64,000 nt of DNA, from positions 1,536,001 through 1,600,000 of the forward strand of contig CAVVHE010000004.1 in assembly GCA_963748015.1 (NCBI GenBank), in the 5' to 3' direction. Position 1 is the first letter of the stretch; each line of letters opens with the position of its first letter. The stretch comes from Terriglobia bacterium (GTDB lineage Bacteria > Acidobacteriota > Polarisedimenticolia > Polarisedimenticolales > JAIQFR01). The notes beneath the pieces are model-generated. The model saw only the letters and a program-made list of their open reading frames with translations. It was not told the DNA's origin and ran no database searches. Below, piece after piece: positions 1-8,614 of this stretch. Both the position numbers and the translations under genes were made by a program.

Positions 1-1
1 C

Positions 2-355
2 GTCGTCGCGCTCGTGAACGGGAACGACGGCAAGACCTTCGAATCCGCCCCCGCCGACGATCGCGGCTACTTCCGCATCGATTCCGCGCCCGCCGGCACG
101 TACGCCGTGGTCGCCCGGGCCTCCGAGGGGGCGTTCCTCGCGGCGGACGCGATGACGCTCAACGCCGGCGCCAACAAGCCGGTCGCGCTGTCGCTCAAGT
201 CGAATGCAGCGGAGGGCGGCACCGGCACGGCGAATCCGCAGCAGGACAAGATCGCCCCGTGGCTGAAGTGGGTCATCGTGGGCGGGATCGCGGTCGGCGC
301 GATCGTCGTGGCCGACGCGATCACGAAGGAAGAGACGCAGGCCAGCGGATTCTGA
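2..355 (+). CDS. Partial (5'-truncated) protein: carboxypeptidase-regulatory-like beta-sandwich plus a C-terminal TM helix
   Basis: Frame is open from the window edge; 'ADDRGYFRIDSAPAGTYAV' motif; hydrophobic 'WLKWVIVGGIAVGAIVVA' near the C-terminus. Confidence 0.6.
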   Translation, partial: VVALVNGNDGKTFESAPADDRGYFRIDSAPAGTYAVVARASEGAFLAADAMTLNAGANKPVALSLKSNAAEGGTGTANPQQDKIAPWLKWVIVGGIAVGAIVVADAITKEETQASGF

Positions 356-370
356 TCCCGAGGCCTCCGG

Positions 371-631
371 TCAGACCTCTTTCCCCAGCGCGCCGGGCCA
401 CAGCCGCGCGGCGCGGCGGTCTTTGTGGCGCGGGCGGCTCTTCTCCGGCTTCCAGGTGAGGTCCCACTCGGCGACTTTCCGCTCGAGGCAGCGCGGACAG
501 GCCAGGAAGAGTTGCCCCGGCTGCAGCTCGCAGGTCGAGTTTTCCCCGCGGAGCGAGCAGACGTAGCAGTAGTAGGCGCCGGCCTCGGGCGCCTTTTCTC
601 CGGGCTTGTGCATCGCGTTCTGTCTCGCCAT
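371..631 (-). CDS. Small zinc-ribbon protein (YjzC-like)
   Basis: KPGEKAPEAGAYYCYVC...FLACPRC, two CxxC pairs; GGAGGT RBS upstream. Confidence 0.65.
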   Translation of the reverse strand: MARQNAMHKPGEKAPEAGAYYCYVCSLRGENSTCELQPGQLFLACPRCLERKVAEWDLTWKPEKSRPRHKDRRAARLWPGALGKEV

Positions 632-726
632 CGGGACCTCCTGGATCGGGGGTCATTATGGTTGCGAAGCCGGTTTTCTACAAACCCGCCGGGCCTCGCG
701 CCCCGGAACTCCTCTAGAATCGCGCC

Positions 727-2094
727 ATGGGGTTGTTCGAGCCCGAGGACGAGCGGAGCGGCGCCGGGGTCCCTCTCGCCGATCGCATGCGGCCGAGGGA
801 TCTCGACGAGCTGGCGGGGCAGGACCGGGTCGTGGGGCCGGGCACGGCGCTGCGAGCGGCGATCGAGCGCGACGATCTGCGGTCGATCATCCTGTGGGGC
901 CCACCCGGATCGGGGAAGACGACCCTCGCCCGGATCATCGCCCGCCGGACGCGCGCGTCGTTCGTGCCGTTCTCGGCGGTGCTCGCCGGGATCAAGGAAG
1001 TGCGGGAGGTGATGGAGAAGGCGGCGGCGTTCCGGAGGGCCACCGGGCGCCGGACGATCGTCTTCGTCGACGAGATCCACCGCTTCAACAAGGCGCAGCA
1101 GGATGCGTTCCTCCCCTACGTCGAGGAAGGGACGATCGTCCTGATCGGCGCGACGACCGAGAACCCTTCGTTCGAGGTGAACGCCGCGCTGCTGTCGCGG
1201 TCGCGCGTCTACCGGCTGGAGAGGCTCGAGCCCGAGCACCTCGCGGCGGTGATCCGGCGGGCTCTCGCCGATCGCGAGCGGGGGCTAGGGGCGCTGCGCG
1301 TCGAGCTGGCGGACGACCTGATCGACGCTCTCGCGGCCCAGAGCCAGGGGGATGCCCGCGCGGCGCTGAACGTCCTCGACCTCGTGGCCGCGTCGGCGCC
1401 GGAGGAGGCCGACGGCACGAGGCGCGTCGGCGCGGCGCTCCTCCAGGACGCGTTGCAGAGGGGGGCGCTGTACTACGACCGGGCCGGCGAGGAGCACTTC
1501 AACCACATCAGCGCGCTCCACAAGTCCATGAGGAACTCGGACGCCGACGCGTCGCTCTACTGGCTGGCGAGAATGCTCGACGCCGGCGAGGACCCCCTCT
1601 ACGTCGCGCGCCGGATCGTGCGGTTCGCGAGCGAGGACGTGGGGCTGGCCGATCCGAGAGCGCTGACGCTGGCGCTGGCGGCGAAGGACGCGGTCCATTT
1701 CGTGGGCAGGCCGGAGGCGGATCTCGCGCTCGCGCAGGCGGCGGTCTACTGCGCGCTGGCGCCGAAGTCGAACGCGCTCTACGCGGCTTGGGGAGAGGTT
1801 CTGGAGGCGATCCGCGCGGGGTCGTCGGACCCGGTCCCGCTCCGCTTGCGAAACGCGCCGACCGGCCTCATGAAGGCGGAAGGATACGGCCGCGGATACG
1901 AGTACGCCCACGACGCGGAGGGCGCGGTGACCGGGATGGACTGCCTGCCGGATCGGCTGGCCGGACGGCGATTCTACCGTCCGACCGATCGCGGCCTCGA
2001 GAAGACGCTGGCCGAACGGATCGAGGCGTGGCGCAAGGCCCGCGCCGAGAACGCGCCCGGCAGCGGGAGGGGCAAGCCCTCCCCGCGGCGCTGA
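727..2094 (+). CDS. rarA: Replication-associated recombination protein A (AAA+ ATPase, MgsA/RarA)
   Basis: PLADRMRP, GPPGSGKTT, DEIHRFNKAQQD, GATTENPSF, SALHKSMRNSD, ASEDVGLAD motifs. Confidence 0.97.
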   Translation: MGLFEPEDERSGAGVPLADRMRPRDLDELAGQDRVVGPGTALRAAIERDDLRSIILWGPPGSGKTTLARIIARRTRASFVPFSAVLAGIKEVREVMEKAAAFRRATGRRTIVFVDEIHRFNKAQQDAFLPYVEEGTIVLIGATTENPSFEVNAALLSRSRVYRLERLEPEHLAAVIRRALADRERGLGALRVELADDLIDALAAQSQGDARAALNVLDLVAASAPEEADGTRRVGAALLQDALQRGALYYDRAGEEHFNHISALHKSMRNSDADASLYWLARMLDAGEDPLYVARRIVRFASEDVGLADPRALTLALAAKDAVHFVGRPEADLALAQAAVYCALAPKSNALYAAWGEVLEAIRAGSSDPVPLRLRNAPTGLMKAEGYGRGYEYAHDAEGAVTGMDCLPDRLAGRRFYRPTDRGLEKTLAERIEAWRKARAENAPGSGRGKPSPRR

Positions 2095-2137
2095 TCCCGC
2101 CGCGGGTCGGGCACACCACCGCTTTCCCGAACAGGAC

Positions 2138-2374
2138 TCAGGCCGGCTCGGCCGGCGGCGCTTCGGGGGCCTGGGGCTCCGATTCCGCGGCCGGGGCCGC
2201 CGCCGCGGGCTTCGCGGCCGCAGCCTTCTTCGGAGCCGGCTTGGCCGCCGCCGCCCTCGCGGCCGTTCGCGCCGCCTTCGCCTTAGCGGTCGCCGCGGCC
2301 TTCACCTTCAGCTTCCCGGCCTCCTTGGTCCGCTTCCTCTTCCGCTTCAGTTCCTTCACACGCTGGGTCGACAT
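2138..2374 (-). CDS. Small basic Lys/Ala-rich protein
   Basis: GGAGG RBS and TATAAT (2415-2420, minus strand) upstream; coding-like codon bias; KRKRKR N-terminus with an AAK-rich tail. Confidence 0.6.
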   Translation of the reverse strand: MSTQRVKELKRKRKRTKEAGKLKVKAAATAKAKAARTAARAAAAKPAPKKAAAAKPAAAAPAAESEPQAPEAPPAEPA

Positions 2375-2450
2375 CGATCCTCCCTACCATCCGATCTTCA
2401 TAGGTGGTCCGCGGATTATAGCCGGAACTTCGGGGCCGGACATCACCCCG

Positions 2451-3611
2451 TCAGGGTTCCCGGAGTTTGGCGAGGAGGGAATCGGATTCGGGGGGGGTGG
2501 CGGCGCGCCAGAGGCCTAGCTTGCGTTTTCGCTCGATGGCGTCGCGGGTGTAGCGGACGCTCGAGACCAGGCGGCCGTCGGGGGTGAAGAAATGGGTGCG
2601 GCCGCGGTCGCCGGGCACGACGAGGGTGCCGTTGCGCTCGTCGACGAGGATGGCGTCGGCCTTCACGTCGCGGATGTCGTCGAGGGCCTTGCGCGTGGGG
2701 CGCTCGCCCGACTGGTGGCGCTCCTCGCCGTGGAGTGTGCGGCGGGCGCGCCCGCGATGATCGTGCTCGAGGCGCCGGACGAGCCCGCGCAGGATTCCCT
2801 CCACTCGGCGCTCGAGCTCCGAGTCGGAAGCGGCGGCGCCGTCCCGCTCGCGGGGGGCGCGACGCACGACGGTGCCGAGGGCGCTCTGGGCCCAGCGCGC
2901 GGCGCGGGCCCAGGGCACGCCCTCCTGCCGGTCCCAGAGGAGCTCGAGCGACTCGCCGCTCGACGTCCGGCCGAGTATGTTGAGTCCGAGGCGCAGCCGC
3001 GCGGCGCCGGGCCTCGACGCGGCCACCTGGAACGTCACCGCGAGAACGCCGCGTCCCTCGGCCTCCTTCACCCTCACCTGGTAGAAGCCTGCGGTCACCT
3101 GGCCCAGCAGGTCGTAGGTCGGCGCCTGGAACGCGCCGAGCAGGCCGCCGCTGAGCGCGCCCGGACCCTGCACGAGCGTGAGGAACGCCGGCGGGTTCTC
3201 GTAGAGGCGATCGACCTCCGGGTGACGCAGGTCGAGGCACACCTGCGCGAAATCCTCCCATCGGGGCGTGCCCGTCGGCGCGTATCCGACGAACACGTGG
3301 CGCCCCGACGGCGGGAACGAGTGCTCGCAGGCCGCCCCGGCGCAGCGATGGCAGAACGCGTGTCCCGGGCGGAACACGGCGGCGCGCTGGATCTCGTCGT
3401 CGAGAAAGCGGTCGATCCGCTCGACGAGGCGGGCCGAGAAGGCCGCCGGGTCGGCGCCGGGCCCCTTGAGCGCGAGAGGAAGGTCGAGGTCCACCGCGGT
3501 GAGCGAGGCTTCCACGAGGTGCCCGCCCGGCTTGCGCGCGAGCTGCTCGCGCACCATCCGCTGCAGCACGTCCCAGGCGATCTCTCCGAGCGCACTGACC
3601 CTGTCTTCCAT
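2451..3611 (-). CDS. Hypothetical protein with a CxxC-x4-CxH metal-binding motif
   Basis: 386-aa ORF of globular composition; FCHRCAGAACEH motif. Confidence 0.8.
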   Translation of the reverse strand: MEDRVSALGEIAWDVLQRMVREQLARKPGGHLVEASLTAVDLDLPLALKGPGADPAAFSARLVERIDRFLDDEIQRAAVFRPGHAFCHRCAGAACEHSFPPSGRHVFVGYAPTGTPRWEDFAQVCLDLRHPEVDRLYENPPAFLTLVQGPGALSGGLLGAFQAPTYDLLGQVTAGFYQVRVKEAEGRGVLAVTFQVAASRPGAARLRLGLNILGRTSSGESLELLWDRQEGVPWARAARWAQSALGTVVRRAPRERDGAAASDSELERRVEGILRGLVRRLEHDHRGRARRTLHGEERHQSGERPTRKALDDIRDVKADAILVDERNGTLVVPGDRGRTHFFTPDGRLVSSVRYTRDAIERKRKLGLWRAATPPESDSLLAKLREP

Positions 3612-3648
3612 GGATCCTACCGCCGGGCCGGCCGGAGCAGGTCCCCGC

Positions 3649-4215
3649 TCACTCCGGCTCGAGCTTCAGCTCGACCTCGGTCTTCCGCCCGGCCTCGAGG
3701 GTGATCGTGTCGCCCTTCCCCACGACATAGCCCGCGGCCTTCGCGGAGAGGACCGCCGCGCCCGGCGGCAGCGCTTTGACCAGCACCCCGGCGCGGTTGG
3801 CGGGCAAGGGCCCCTTGTCCTCTCCGTCGGCGAAGACGAGGTGGACCTCCGACTTCGGAATCGGCTGGCCCGTCTTCGCATCCAGGACGCGAACGAGCAG
3901 CGACGCCGCCCGCCGGAGAACGACCGGCTCCGTTCGATCGTCGGCGGTCACGGTGCTCGGGAGGAACCCGTCGGCCACGATCCTGAGGAGCGAAGGCGTG
4001 CGGGGCGTCAGAAGCCGGTACCCGCCCTCCGCCGTGGTCTCGTCGCACAGCCCCTCGGCGCTCCAGGCTTCGCCGACCATGATGCAGGCCCGCGCTCCCG
4101 AGACCGGCTTGCCCTCGGGATCCACGACCCGTCCGCTCACGGCGCTCGCGGGCGTCACCCACCACCCCGCCGCCGCCAGAAGCGCGGCGGAAATGCGAAG
4201 AACATGGACCTTCAC
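3649..4215 (-). CDS. Secreted protein with two carboxypeptidase-regulatory-like domains
   Basis: Signal peptide; SGRVVDPEGKPVSGA and VRVLDAKTGQPIPKSEV repeats; GGAGG RBS. Confidence 0.8.
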   Translation of the reverse strand: MKVHVLRISAALLAAAGWWVTPASAVSGRVVDPEGKPVSGARACIMVGEAWSAEGLCDETTAEGGYRLLTPRTPSLLRIVADGFLPSTVTADDRTEPVVLRRAASLLVRVLDAKTGQPIPKSEVHLVFADGEDKGPLPANRAGVLVKALPPGAAVLSAKAAGYVVGKGDTITLEAGRKTEVELKLEPE

Positions 4216-4542
4216 GATCTTCCTCCTGCCCGTAGCCCTTCCGGCATTATGCCCCAGGAAACGGGCGGCTGCCCCTCCCGGGCGAGGAGCGGGCAGGTCG
4301 CGCCGGGGCGCGCGCCCTCGGCTCCGGCGAGGGGCCGAAGAAAGGTGGAACTTTCCCCGCGGCGGTCTGTGCTAGACTCCGCTCACATGGGGGAAAAGCA
4401 CCCCCGGGAGCAGTTCGTTGGCGCCCTTCACTTTTTTTTTGGAAGTAGTAGTATGAGCCTCGGCCTGGATGGAGCAGCAACCTCCGTCAGGGTGGCCGAC
4501 AGGTTAACCGCCCTTCAGCGTGAAGGGTGTGCGTAAAGGAGA

Positions 4543-5163
4543 ATGAAAAGTATGCGCAAGATGATGGTGGTGTTGCCGCTCGTGCTCGTGCTCGTGATGC
4601 TGGTCGGCTGCCAGAAACCGCCGCAGGCTGACATCGACGCCGCGAAGGCCTCTCTGGATGGCGCGCGTGCCGCCGAGGCGACCGACTACGCCCCGGATTC
4701 GCTGAAGGCCGCCGAGGACTCCCAGGCCCAGCTCGACGCCGAGCTGAAGGTCCAGGAGCAGAAGTTCGCCCTGTTCCGCTCCTACAAGAAGGCCACCGAG
4801 CTGTCCCAGGCCACCAAGGCCGCCGGCGAGAAGGCCGTAGCCGACGCCAAGGCGAAGAAGGAGCAGGTGAAGGGCGAGGCTCAGACGCTGGTGACCGAGG
4901 CGAAGACCGCCCTGGACGAGGCGAAGGCGCTGCTCGAGAAGGCCCCGAAGGGGAAGGGAACGCAGGCTGACCTCGAGGCCATGAAGGCCGATCTGATGGG
5001 CGTCGAGACGGCCATCAACGAGGCCCAGAATTCGTTCAACGCCGAGAAGTACCTCGACGCGAAGTCCAAGGCCGAGGCCGCGAAGACGCAGGCCGGCAAC
5101 GTGAAGATGTCCATCGAGCAGGCGATCGAGGCCAAGAAGGCTGCCAAGAAGGGCAAGAAGTAA
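4543..5163 (+). CDS. All-helical lipoprotein (DUF4398-like repeats) with C-terminal KKGKK
   Basis: Lipobox LVG-C; strong AAGGAG RBS; Ala/Lys/Glu-rich helical sequence; strongly biased codons; TAA stop. Confidence 0.85.
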   Translation: MKSMRKMMVVLPLVLVLVMLVGCQKPPQADIDAAKASLDGARAAEATDYAPDSLKAAEDSQAQLDAELKVQEQKFALFRSYKKATELSQATKAAGEKAVADAKAKKEQVKGEAQTLVTEAKTALDEAKALLEKAPKGKGTQADLEAMKADLMGVETAINEAQNSFNAEKYLDAKSKAEAAKTQAGNVKMSIEQAIEAKKAAKKGKK

Positions 5164-5191
5164 CTTCGGCAGCTCTCGCAGCAATTTGACG

Positions 5192-5230
5192 GGGGCACGG
5201 CCGACCGTACCCGGCCGTGCCCCTTGAATT
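5192..5230 (+). terminator. Hairpin (putative intrinsic terminator or mRNA stabiliser) after the lipoprotein gene
   Basis: GGGGCACGGCCG (5192-5203) pairs with CGGCCGTGCCCC (5212-5223); weak U-tract. Confidence 0.6.
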
Positions 5231-5351
5231 CTCCTCCCGGCTTGCATGTTCTCCCGGCGACCCGACACGGCTCTGGCCTGGAGAACCGATTCCTTATAAA
5301 TTGAGTAACGTGAAGAAGACCGGTGTACGCGGCGAAAGCGGTGCGGGCCGC

Positions 5352-6521
5352 ATGGCCCGGCGGCGGTGGCTCCTCGCCGTATTCGCGCTGCTTTCGCTCG
5401 GCCTCTGCGCCGCGGCGTCCTACCCCGTCCTGAGCGGGCGCACGGAGCCGCCCCGGTTCAGCCTGAGCTCGGCCGAGAAGGCCCTTGCCGAGGCGAGGCG
5501 GATCCGGGCCGACCGTTGGGCCGGCGACGCGCTGCTCGCGGCCGAGTCGGCGATGCGCGTCGCTCGCCTCGAGCAGCGTACCCAGGAGGAGCGGTTCTTC
5601 CTCCTTCGGGATTTCTCCGCTGCCCGCATTTGCCTCTCGCTCGCCGAGGACAAGGCCCGCGTGGCGGTCGCCGGGGCGAACCGCGCCCGCGTCGCGGCCC
5701 GCGCAGCGGCCGACGCGGCCATGACGGAAGCCCAGGACGAGCTGGGGCGGGCCGAGGACGCCGCCGACGCGATGCATCTGGGGCCCTACGGCCGTGTTCT
5801 CCTCCAGAAGGCGAAGATCGCCTACTCGCAGTCACAGATCCTCTACGGGCAAGGCGAGTTCCCGTCGGCCGCAGACCGCGCCTCCGCCGCGCGGACGCAC
5901 GCGCGGGCCGTCGGCGACGGCGCCGCCGGCGCCGCGGCCCGCTTCACCGACGCGCGGATGGTCGCCGCCTGGAAGCACATGGCCAGCGACACGATCGCGT
6001 GGTCGCGCGAGACCGGCTCGTCGGCCATCGTGGTCTACAAGGAGAACCACCGGCTGACCCTTTACCGTGGTGGCAGTGCGGTCAAGTCGTACCGCATCGA
6101 GCTGGGCTACAATTCCACCCGGGACAAGCTCCACGCAGGAGACGCCGCGACCCCGGAGGGTCGCTACAGGATCACGGCGAAGAAGGGTCCCGGGAACTCG
6201 ACCTACTACAAGGCGCTGCTGCTCAACTATCCGAACGACGAGGACCGCGAGCAGTTCGAACGGGCCCGGCGCGCGGGACAGCTTCCCCGCTGGGCGCGGA
6301 TGGGTGGCCTGATCGAGATTCACGGCGACGGCGGTCGAGGCAAGGACTGGACGAAGGGGTGCGTCGCCCTCGCGAACAACGACATCGACGACCTGTTCTC
6401 GCGGGTGGCGGTGGGGACTCCGGTCACGATCGTCGGCGGCGACGGCAACGGCGGCGCGTACACCGAGCTGGTGCGCCGCTACCGCTCGCCGTCGAGCGGG
6501 AACGGGACGCTGAGCCAATGA
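5352..6521 (+). CDS. L,D-transpeptidase-family (YkuD; YafK/DpaA-like) protein with an N-terminal membrane anchor and helical DUF4398-like domain
   Basis: GDAATPEGRY, YYKALLLNYPN, IEIHG...WTKGCVALANNDI; start uncertain (GTG 5310 possible). Confidence 0.85.
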   Translation: MARRRWLLAVFALLSLGLCAAASYPVLSGRTEPPRFSLSSAEKALAEARRIRADRWAGDALLAAESAMRVARLEQRTQEERFFLLRDFSAARICLSLAEDKARVAVAGANRARVAARAAADAAMTEAQDELGRAEDAADAMHLGPYGRVLLQKAKIAYSQSQILYGQGEFPSAADRASAARTHARAVGDGAAGAAARFTDARMVAAWKHMASDTIAWSRETGSSAIVVYKENHRLTLYRGGSAVKSYRIELGYNSTRDKLHAGDAATPEGRYRITAKKGPGNSTYYKALLLNYPNDEDREQFERARRAGQLPRWARMGGLIEIHGDGGRGKDWTKGCVALANNDIDDLFSRVAVGTPVTIVGGDGNGGAYTELVRRYRSPSSGNGTLSQ

Positions 6522-7276
6522 GGTACGACCAGCTGGACGTCGCGGGGGGCGGGCTGCCGCAGGACGCCGCGGCGCGGCCATCGGTCGTGGTGCGCACCTC
6601 GTCGAAGGCGCTCGCGATCGCCGGCCTGCTGGTCCTCCTCGCGCTGCTCGCCGGCGGCACGGCCGCCGCCTACGGCACCGGCTACACCTACGGCCCCGCG
6701 CCCCGGGAGGCGATCGCCGTTCCCGCGGGCGACCCTCCACCGTCCGACCCGAAGGCTCTCAAGCGCTACGTCGCCAAGCTGCAGTCCCAGAAGAAGCAGG
6801 TGCAATCGGCGCTCCTCGCCAAGGCGCCCAAGGGCGTCTACGTCGTCATCGACCAGACTCAGAACCGCATCTACCTCAAGAAGGACCAGGAGACCATCCT
6901 GAACGCCGCGTGCTCGGCGGGATCCGGGCTGATCCTGAAGGAGGGGGACTGGGGCAAGGGGCGGAAGTGGGTCTTCGACACCCCCCGCGGCCTGTTCAAG
7001 GTCAAGTCCCGCCAGGAAAACCCGGTCTGGAAGAAGCCCGACTGGGCGTTCGTCGAGGAAGGCAAGCCGATCCCGAAGAGGGACGAGGACCGGATGGACT
7101 ACGGGACCCTGGGCGAGTACTCGTTCCAGCTCGGGGACGGCTACATGATCCACGGCACGCTGTACGAGCGGCTCCTCGGGAGAAGCGTCACCCACGGCTG
7201 CATCCGTGTCGGGCGGGACGACCTCCGGAAGGTCTGGCAGTTGGTCCCGGTGGGCACTCCGGTCTACATCTACTGA
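6518..7276 (+). CDS. L,D-transpeptidase (ErfK/SrfK/YkuD type), membrane-anchored
   Basis: ATGA overlap with the upstream stop; FDTPRG, NPVWKKPDW, GYMIHGT...SVTHGCIRV. Confidence 0.9.
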   Translation: MRYDQLDVAGGGLPQDAAARPSVVVRTSSKALAIAGLLVLLALLAGGTAAAYGTGYTYGPAPREAIAVPAGDPPPSDPKALKRYVAKLQSQKKQVQSALLAKAPKGVYVVIDQTQNRIYLKKDQETILNAACSAGSGLILKEGDWGKGRKWVFDTPRGLFKVKSRQENPVWKKPDWAFVEEGKPIPKRDEDRMDYGTLGEYSFQLGDGYMIHGTLYERLLGRSVTHGCIRVGRDDLRKVWQLVPVGTPVYIY

Positions 7277-7980
7277 TGCGAGTCGGTCTACCCCTGGCCG
7301 TCGCCGCCGCCGTCCTGGCGGCGCTGCCCGTCCACGCGCAGACGTCCCGGGAGATCGAGCAGCTGCGGAAGGACACCGCGCTCCTTCGCCAGCAACTCGA
7401 GCTCGCCAACGGCGAGAAGTTCTACCTCGTGCTCGACCCCGCGACCTCGAGCCTCGAGCTGATGCTCAAGGGAGCGGTGCTGCAGGACTACAAGGTCCAG
7501 GGGCTCGAGGTCGGCACGCCCCGCGTCGCGTTCGCGACCCGCTCTCTCCCCGAGGGGTGGCGCGGCCGGATCTGGGAGAACGGGAACCTCGTCCCGGCGC
7601 GGGAACTCGACCGGATGGAGATCATCGCCCCGCCGCCGAGCAAGAACGCCGACGAGGACAACGCCCCGGCCGTCCCGATCCCGCAAACCCCCGAGGAGAA
7701 GTACCCGGTGCCCCTGCGATACCACGTCCGCTTCGACGGCGGCCTCTCGATCGAGATCCGGCGGCTCGGCGAGCAGGAGGAGAACACCGGGTTCTGGGGC
7801 GGCCTCAAGAGCTCGCTCGCGCACTGGTGGGCCGACGCCAAGGCGGTGCTGAGCCGCTCGTCGCCCGAGTCCGACGACGTCCGCCTCCGCGTCACGCTCC
7901 AGCAGAAAGAAGCCGACTCGCTCTACCGCGCCCTGCCCCCCAACACGCGCCTGTTCGTACTCCCCTCTCCCGAGCCCTGA
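7276..7980 (+). CDS. Secreted protein resembling a degenerate YkuD fold (no catalytic His/Cys motif)
   Basis: TGATG overlap; signal peptide ending VHA-Q; YLVLD...LELMLKGAVLQDYKV start and LYRALPPNTRLFV end resemble YkuD strands. Confidence 0.65.
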   Translation: MRVGLPLAVAAAVLAALPVHAQTSREIEQLRKDTALLRQQLELANGEKFYLVLDPATSSLELMLKGAVLQDYKVQGLEVGTPRVAFATRSLPEGWRGRIWENGNLVPARELDRMEIIAPPPSKNADEDNAPAVPIPQTPEEKYPVPLRYHVRFDGGLSIEIRRLGEQEENTGFWGGLKSSLAHWWADAKAVLSRSSPESDDVRLRVTLQQKEADSLYRALPPNTRLFVLPSPEP

Positions 7981-7991
7981 CCCTTTCGCGC

Positions 7992-8291
7992 ATGTGGTAC
8001 CCTGTACCTGAAGCCCCACACGGGAGAAAGGCCCCTTTGAACGTCCCCCTGGCCGACTTTGTTCCGTGGACCTCCGCCCGTTTCCAAAGCCAAGAAGCCC
8101 GTGACCGATTCCTCTTCGGTGTCGAGACTCTCGAGGGGAGCGCGGTCGAGGTCAAGTCCATGCCCGACGAAGACCGAGGCGCGTTGGTTCGTTGGCGCGC
8201 GGGGCAGTTCCTGGTCTTGAACGACGTCGCCTACGCCCACGGAGGTCGCATCATCATCCCCGTGACGCGGCGACGCACGCGCCTGATCTAG
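7992..8291 (+). CDS. Small hypothetical protein
   Basis: 99-aa ORF with protein-like composition; its TAG stop coincides with the MITE boundary; start uncertain. Confidence 0.5.
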   Translation: MWYPVPEAPHGRKAPLNVPLADFVPWTSARFQSQEARDRFLFGVETLEGSAVEVKSMPDEDRGALVRWRAGQFLVLNDVAYAHGGRIIIPVTRRRTRLI

Positions 8292-8453
8292 TGTCCCGAG
8301 TCTGAAGTACGTTGCATATCTCGCCGGCTCTGGCCAGCCCTGGCTTCGTCGGGCCTCCTCGGAATACGCCGGGTATGCCTTCGTCGGCCCTTCTCGCCAG
8401 GACCGCCCATAGCTCGACGAGTTATGCAACGTACTTCAGACTCGGGACACTAG
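8288..8453. mobile_element. MITE with 31-bp perfect terminal inverted repeats at a CTAG site (IS630-like)
   Basis: CTAGTGTCCCGAGTCTGAAGTACGTTGCATA (8288-8318) is the exact reverse complement of 8423-8453; no internal transposase. Confidence 0.8.
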
Positions 8454-8614
8454 CCGCTCGACGACCCGCCCGGCAGTGATTCACGGGCCGAGGCCGCGCG
8501 ACCCAGTCATACCCCGGCCGTGGCGGACCGACGAGTGATCTCACTGCCCGAAGGTGATCACCCCGGGTGCGCCCGGCTTTCGGCGTATACTCGTTCCAGA
8601 AGGACGGCACGAAG

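Noticed and set aside
4455..4510. c-di-GMP-I (GEMM) riboswitch-like P2 (AGCCTCGGCCT...GGTTAACC)
   Set aside because: The required upstream GGCAAA...GAAA...GCAAA P1 element is absent
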